Shown here one piece after another: positions 58,475 to 64,000 of a stretch of 64,000 nt of DNA. Numbering within the stretch: the first letter of the stretch is position 1; every line of letters begins with the position of its first letter. The DNA comes from Lentisphaeria bacterium (GTDB lineage Bacteria > Verrucomicrobiota > Lentisphaeria > JABSQK01 > JAWLHB01): positions 1 to 64,000 of the forward strand of contig JAWLHB010000031.1 of assembly GCA_041690595.1 (NCBI GenBank). Direction: 5' to 3'. The translations under genes were made by a program, and so were the position numbers. The notes below the pieces were generated by a model. That model saw nothing but the letters and a program-made list of their open reading frames with translations. It did not search any database and was not told the origin of the DNA.

Positions 58475-59272
58475 ATGAATATGCAACAGATGAACGACAG
58501 AGTACGCTTCACCTTGATAGAGTTACTTGTGGTCGTGGCGATTATCGCCATTCTGGCGAGCATGCTTCTGCCGGCCCTCAATAAGGCCCGGGGAGCCGCG
58601 AGGCGGTCATCCTGCATGAACAACATGAAGCAGGCAGCCTTGGGGTTGTTGATGTATGCCGGCGACGAGGATGACTGGCTGCCCATCACGGTCTGGGAAT
58701 GGCCGACAACTGGCGGCGGCAGTTGGAACTGGCGGGCGCGCGACCATATTGGCAGCGCGGTCACCAGCAACTATGACTCGAAGGCCTTGCGCTGCCCAGC
58801 CAAAGGGCCGAGCAGTACCCCCGACCTTGAACGGCGGGTCAGCACATACTCGATGGTCGGCTATATGAAGACCAATGGCTCCAGCGAAGGGCCCACCGAC
58901 ATGTACTATGGCAAGATGTACAACAAGGACGCAGGACGCCTGGCGAATGTCTTCACGCAGCGGTACCAGGTGGCGCCGCCGCTGCGCGAATTCGCGCGGC
59001 CGGACAGCTCGTTCCTGCTCTATGAATACAGCTATCATGAAGTCTGGAAGGGAATGTGGGGCTCGGTCTATACGGAGCTTGCCGACAGCCATGGCATCAA
59101 GGGGCCCTACGGTATCTGGCATGAGCAGCCTGGCTTCATGAATGCCGCCCATGTCGATGGGCATGTTGCCTTTCTGGACATCAAGTCCACCTACGGCTCG
59201 CTGAATGTCTGGGACAGTGGTAATCACCAGCAGGCACGCGGCGGCGCCTTTTCGATCACGGGCACAAAATAG
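58475..59272 (+). CDS. Prepilin-type N-terminal cleavage/methylation protein (H-X9-DG type)
   Basis: [32 protein letters not shown]-terminal [17 protein letters not shown]. Confidence 0.9.
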   Translation: MNMQQMNDRVRFTLIELLVVVAIIAILASMLLPALNKARGAARRSSCMNNMKQAALGLLMYAGDEDDWLPITVWEWPTTGGGSWNWRARDHIGSAVTSNYDSKALRCPAKGPSSTPDLERRVSTYSMVGYMKTNGSSEGPTDMYYGKMYNKDAGRLANVFTQRYQVAPPLREFARPDSSFLLYEYSYHEVWKGMWGSVYTELADSHGIKGPYGIWHEQPGFMNAAHVDGHVAFLDIKSTYGSLNVWDSGNHQQARGGAFSITGTK

Positions 59273-59292
59273 ATGAATCGGGGGGAGGGGGG

Positions 59293-61920
59293 GTGAAGCG
59301 GCAGAGATGTTTTCTGGTGTGCAACGCACATCTCGATCCGGTCTGGCTGTGGCCGTGGGAAGAGGGGCTGGCCGAAGCTATTTCGACCTTTCGCGTCGCC
59401 GTCGACTTCATCGACGAATTCCCGGACTTCGTCTTCAACCACAATGAAGCGTTGCTCTACGAGTGGGTCGAGCGCAACGATCCGGAGCTGTTCGCGCGCA
59501 TACAGCGCCACGTACGCGCGGGTCGCTGGCATATTGCCGGCGGGGCCTACCTGCAGCCGGACCTGATAGCGACCTCGGGTGAATCGGTTATCCGTCAATT
59601 TCTGGTTGGCAAAGGCTATTTTGCCGAGAAGTTCGGGGTGGAGCCTCGGGTGGCGTACAACTTCGACAGCTTTGGCCATCCACAGGGTCTCATCCAGATT
59701 CTGGCGGGCTGTGGCATCGAGGCGTATGTCTTCTGCCGTCCAAATGCCGGTCAGAAATCGTTGCCGATCGGCAGCTTTCGCTGGCATCACGGATCGGGCA
59801 TCGAGATCGTGGCGCGGCGCAGCGATGACCACTACATCACGCAAGGGGCTATCCGCCGTCAGATGCTGGGCCGGGTTGTGCAGGAGAACGAGAACGAGCC
59901 TCCAGGTCCGGCGCGCGCAGGGAGCTGGCCGGCGCATTATCGAGATGCCGAGGGCGACTTCATGTTCCTCTGGGGCCTGGGGAATCACGGCGGAGGTCCC
60001 AGCCGAGAGGAGTATGCCCAGATACCCGACATGCGCCGGGACTTCCCGGATGTGGAGTTCGTGGAATCGACGCCGGAAGCCTTCTTCGAGCACACGCTGA
60101 AGGTGCGTGGTTACGAGAAGCTGCCGATCGTTACCGGCGACTTTCAGCAGGTGCACGAAGGGTGCTACACCTCGATGCTTCGCGTCAAGCAGCAGCACCG
60201 GTACCTCGAGAACCTGGCGCATGTCACCGAGAAGCTCTGCGCCATGGCCTGGTGGCTGGGGCGGCGCGACTATCCCGTCACCGATCTGCGGGTAGCCTGG
60301 AAGGATATCCTTTTTGCCGAGTTCCATGACATCCTGCCGGGCAGCGGCATTCGCCGCGTGGAAGATGACAGCCTCAAGCTGCTCGGCCATGCCGAGGAAA
60401 TACTCCGCCGCAAGAAGGCCGAAGCCATCATCGCCCTGCTGCGCGACCAACCGCTTGCCGCCGATGAGATCACGCCCTTCTTCATCTTCAATCCGCACAA
60501 CTGGCAAGTCACCAGGGAAATCGAGGTCGAGTACGGCACGGCCCGCCAGGCCGGCACCGACGCGATTGTCCGCACCATCACCGCCGATGGGGTGAAGGTC
60601 GAGGCCCAGTTCGAGAAAGGCGACCTCAACCTCGACAATCCCGGCTGGGGCGAGTGGCGGCAGAAAGCTGTCTTTATCGTCACGGTTCCGCCACTCTCCT
60701 TCAAGCGATTCGAGGCGGCGTTCAGCGTGCTGCCGCCCGAGGAGGTGCAACGCTGGGAGCCACCAACAATGCCCACAGGAGATGCGCTGACGATCCGCGG
60801 CGATGCCATGTGTGTCACGCTCAACCTGCGAACCGGATTGATCGACAGCCTGACCGTTGACGGGGAGCCGCAGTTGCGTCCCGGCGCCTTCAGGCCCTGC
60901 ATCTTCGACGATATCCCGCACAGCTGGAATGCCGCCCCGACCTGGAGCATCGCCGCCGAGAGTTTTCGCCTGGCCACCCCCCGCGAATCCACCGCGCTGC
61001 TGAACTCGCATGCCATCAATCCCGATCCGACCGAGTATCTGGAGCCAGTGCGGATTATCGAGGATGGACCTATCCGCACGGTGGTCGAAGTCCTCTTCGT
61101 CTCGGGTCGTAGCTTCCTGGTGCTGCGCTACAAGATCAACAAGCGGAGTGCCGTTCTGCAGGTAGAATTGGACATCTTCTGGGCGGAACAGGACAAGATG
61201 TTCAAGCTGGGCCTCGCCCCCGCAAGGCCGACCGCCGGCGTCGAGGCCGAAAAATGCTATAGCATCGATGACGAAAGCGACCTTACCGATCGTCCCGGGC
61301 GTGAGCGTACATTTCAGCACTTTCTGCGCCTTTGGGATGCGGAGAACGCCGGCTGCCTTGGCGTCATCTCGCACGGCACGCATGGTTATCACCGGCAGGA
61401 TGAGATCCTCTGGCTCAGCGTGCTGCGCAGTCCGGCATACGGCTGCATGGACGTGGCGGCAGACTGGCATCGCTACCGCCACCGATACATTCCGCATCAA
61501 GATCAGGGGGAGCGGCAGGCGCTCTTCACCTTCGTCTTTGGTGAAGGCGCCGCCACCGCCGACAGCTTGACACGCAAAGCCTGCGAGTATGGCATTGGAC
61601 TGGAGCAGATGGTCTACTTCCCGACCTGCCGTACAGCCCAGCCAGTGCCGATGCCTTCCTTTGTCAGCACCAGCGCGGACAATGTCATCCTGGCGGCCAT
61701 GAAGAAAGCGGAGGAGGGGGAGGCTCTCGTTCTCCGCTTCTGGGAGACCGCCGGCAAGGATACTACCTTTGTTGTGACCGTCGATGGTCACGCCCATTCG
61801 GCGCATATAGGCGCCTCGACACTATGTACTTATCGTCTCGATCGTCGGAAGCAGCAATTTGTCCCTACGGACCTGCTTGAACGCCCAGTGACTACTACCG
61901 GGCCAGTCAGAACTACCTGA
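59293..61920 (+). CDS. GH38 alpha-mannosidase family protein
   Basis: NAHLDPVWLW, DSFGH, GNHGGG, HEGCYTS, FHDILPGS. Confidence 0.92.
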   Translation: MKRQRCFLVCNAHLDPVWLWPWEEGLAEAISTFRVAVDFIDEFPDFVFNHNEALLYEWVERNDPELFARIQRHVRAGRWHIAGGAYLQPDLIATSGESVIRQFLVGKGYFAEKFGVEPRVAYNFDSFGHPQGLIQILAGCGIEAYVFCRPNAGQKSLPIGSFRWHHGSGIEIVARRSDDHYITQGAIRRQMLGRVVQENENEPPGPARAGSWPAHYRDAEGDFMFLWGLGNHGGGPSREEYAQIPDMRRDFPDVEFVESTPEAFFEHTLKVRGYEKLPIVTGDFQQVHEGCYTSMLRVKQQHRYLENLAHVTEKLCAMAWWLGRRDYPVTDLRVAWKDILFAEFHDILPGSGIRRVEDDSLKLLGHAEEILRRKKAEAIIALLRDQPLAADEITPFFIFNPHNWQVTREIEVEYGTARQAGTDAIVRTITADGVKVEAQFEKGDLNLDNPGWGEWRQKAVFIVTVPPLSFKRFEAAFSVLPPEEVQRWEPPTMPTGDALTIRGDAMCVTLNLRTGLIDSLTVDGEPQLRPGAFRPCIFDDIPHSWNAAPTWSIAAESFRLATPRESTALLNSHAINPDPTEYLEPVRIIEDGPIRTVVEVLFVSGRSFLVLRYKINKRSAVLQVELDIFWAEQDKMFKLGLAPARPTAGVEAEKCYSIDDESDLTDRPGRERTFQHFLRLWDAENAGCLGVISHGTHGYHRQDEILWLSVLRSPAYGCMDVAADWHRYRHRYIPHQDQGERQALFTFVFGEGAATADSLTRKACEYGIGLEQMVYFPTCRTAQPVPMPSFVSTSADNVILAAMKKAEEGEALVLRFWETAGKDTTFVVTVDGHAHSAHIGASTLCTYRLDRRKQQFVPTDLLERPVTTTGPVRTT

Positions 61921-61939
61921 TACACAAGAAGTACCCACT

Positions 61940-63349
61940 ATGAAAATTGTCTTTTTTGGCGGTGGCTCCCACCGCTACCTGAGCATTGCGCGTTCCATCC
62001 TGGCCTTGCCCGGCCTGATGAATAACGGCGAGATCAATCTTTACGATCTGGCTGTCGATCGAGCGGAGGCGGTGGGGCGGTTGGCGAGGAAGTCGCCGGA
62101 ATTTGCCACGGCGAATTGCCGTATCACCTGGGGGAGCACCCTCGATGAAGCCTTGGAGGGCGCCGACATCGTCTTTGTGGTCCTCATGGCCGGCAGCCGC
62201 TCCAACTTCACGCTGCTGCAGGCGACGTGCCCGCAGCACGGATTCATCGGCTCGGACCAACTTTCGCCAAGTGGAGCGATGCTGGCATTGAAGGGCGGCC
62301 CGATCCTGATGGATCTGGCCCGGCGCATGGAGAAGCATTGTCCACATGCCTGGCTGATCGACTATGCGAATCCGGTCGCCGTCCTCAGCGCCGCCGTCAA
62401 TAACCACACCAGCATACGCTGCCTCGGCGTGTGCGGCGGTTACACCAACCATCAATGGGATTTGACACGCCTCCTCTATGGCAGAGACGAGCAGTGGACC
62501 GACTACGAGATTCGCTGCGCCGGCGTCAACCACATGAGCTTCATTCTTCGCGGCTCCAGCCATCGCGGGCGCGATCTGTACGAGTTGACGGCCGAACGGG
62601 CGAAAGCGGGGCTCAACATGCCCACACTTTCCAGCCGCTGGTCCGACAGCACCAAGACCAATATCAACCGCAGCATCATCACCCTCGCCAAGCTCTACCG
62701 CAAGTATGACTACCTCGTCTTCTCGACGGAAGGCGACGGCCTCGCCCATTTGGATATGGAAGGCCACTATTTTGCCACTGTTCAGCAGGCGCCGCCACCG
62801 CCCAGCGCCGCGGAGTTGAAAGCCAGGGAAGAGCAGTTTGTGGCATCGCGGGCCGCCGCCGATCACAGGTTCCGCGCCTGGATCGATGTCGATCTCGATG
62901 AGGCCGCATGGAATCAGGAACGCTCCGACGCGCTGTATCTGCTGCGTGCGGACGAAGATATCATGGTCAAGATCACCAAGGCACTGGGCGGCCTGGGGAA
63001 CCTTTCAATCGCGACCAGCCGTCCCGCCAACCGTGCGGTTCCCGGGTTCAAGAAGCGCATGGTGCTGGAGTATTCGCAGACTCTCAGCGCCGACGGCATA
63101 CGCCCCGTTCGCGGGCTGGAAGTGCCCAACGCCTTTCACGGTCTGGTCAGCGCCCTGTCGATGCATCAGACTCTCCTTGGCGACGCCATCGCCACGCAGG
63201 ATCCGCGCATCCTCTTCGAGGCCCTCTACAGCTATCCAGTCAAACAGGATACCGCTGAGAGCAAGGCGCTCTGGCGCGACCTGCTGGCCATCGCCGCGAA
63301 TGAGATCCCCAGCGAGTTCCAGCAGACGCGGGAACTGTTTCGCTGCTGA
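61940..63349 (+). CDS. GH4 family NAD+/Mn2+-dependent glycosidase
   Basis: MKIVFFGGGS, EALEGADIV, DYANP, GVC, AGVNH. Confidence 0.85.
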   Translation: MKIVFFGGGSHRYLSIARSILALPGLMNNGEINLYDLAVDRAEAVGRLARKSPEFATANCRITWGSTLDEALEGADIVFVVLMAGSRSNFTLLQATCPQHGFIGSDQLSPSGAMLALKGGPILMDLARRMEKHCPHAWLIDYANPVAVLSAAVNNHTSIRCLGVCGGYTNHQWDLTRLLYGRDEQWTDYEIRCAGVNHMSFILRGSSHRGRDLYELTAERAKAGLNMPTLSSRWSDSTKTNINRSIITLAKLYRKYDYLVFSTEGDGLAHLDMEGHYFATVQQAPPPPSAAELKAREEQFVASRAAADHRFRAWIDVDLDEAAWNQERSDALYLLRADEDIMVKITKALGGLGNLSIATSRPANRAVPGFKKRMVLEYSQTLSADGIRPVRGLEVPNAFHGLVSALSMHQTLLGDAIATQDPRILFEALYSYPVKQDTAESKALWRDLLAIAANEIPSEFQQTRELFRC

Positions 63350-63356
63350 TGGCGCC

Positions 63357-64000
63357 TCAGGCGGGTCCGCCCGGTTCACCGGCCTCCGTCAGCCGCAGCT
63401 TGGCCTCCTCGTAGACGTCGGGAGAGAGGGCGCCCCGGCATGCGGCAGCAACATTCTGCTCCAGATGCTCCGGGTTCTTCGTGCCGACGATGGTCGTATG
63501 GCAGTGCGGATGGCTGATCGTGAAGCGCAAGAGGAACGACGTCCTGTCCTCACCTTCTTCGCGCAGTTCATCCAGCCGCGCACGCTCGAAGAGCTCCCAG
63601 CGATCCTTGCCGCCCAGACCGCTTCCGGGTTCTCCGCGCGCCACGCCGCCACGAATGATCACGCCGGCTCCCGATTCGGCGGCATGGGAAATCTGTTGTT
63701 CGTGCTCCCGTTGCAGCGCCGAATACGGAATCTGAAAGACGTCGAAGACTGCCCAGTCGATATAGCCGCCCAGATGCGGATTTGTCGATGAACAGCCGAT
63801 GTGGCGCACCACGCCGGCCGCCTTCAGTTCCCGCAGGATGTCTACCAGCTTCAGCCTTTCGCAGGTCTCCAGGTCGGGATTGTGCAACTGCAGGAGATCC
63901 ACATAGTCGGTGCGCATCTTCATCAGCGAGTCGGCGATATTGCGCAGGATGTTTTCGCGCGTCCAGACATGCGGCGTCTCGTCATGATCCCCGGCAAACT
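63357..64000 (-). CDS. Aldo/keto reductase (5' end beyond the window)
   Basis: SL..MRTDYVDLLQLH, G.VRHIGCS, QIPYS, IVGTKNPEHLEQN; the frame stays open to the window edge. Confidence 0.9.
   Translation of the reverse strand, partial: FAGDHDETPHVWTRENILRNIADSLMKMRTDYVDLLQLHNPDLETCERLKLVDILRELKAAGVVRHIGCSSTNPHLGGYIDWAVFDVFQIPYSALQREHEQQISHAAESGAGVIIRGGVARGEPGSGLGGKDRWELFERARLDELREEGEDRTSFLLRFTISHPHCHTTIVGTKNPEHLEQNVAAACRGALSPDVYEEAKLRLTEAGEPGGPA

Overview
High-GC bacterial chromosomal window, probably PVC superphylum (Lentisphaerae/Kiritimatiellae-like). This is inferred from repeated GntR-LacI hybrid regulators, prepilin H-X9-DG proteins, DUF4838/LamG glycan-degradation proteins and a kinase-FGE fusion. 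Contents: tRNA-Gly(CCC); a REP-like palindrome cluster; hisC with an amino-sugar/GT-C glycosylation cluster; a eukaryote-type (yeast/plant ARO7-like) chorismate mutase; the normally origin-linked rpmH-rnpA-yidD-yidC-jag and gyrB-gyrA genes, with no recognisable dnaA or parAB; and several sugar-catabolism loci. The top candidate for an undescribed system is at 22775-24470: an AT-rich ATAGTAT repeat array, a near-consensus sigma70 promoter, a TubR-like winged-helix gene and a translationally coupled divergent tubulin/FtsZ-family GTPase. It looks like a chromosomal TubZRC-like (type III partition-like) module just beyond the jag operon. The second candidate is a membrane Ser/Thr kinase with a degenerate PstS-like ectodomain and an FGE domain, encoded directly upstream of an orphan PstS lipoprotein. 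All family calls come from motif recognition; no database searches were run.
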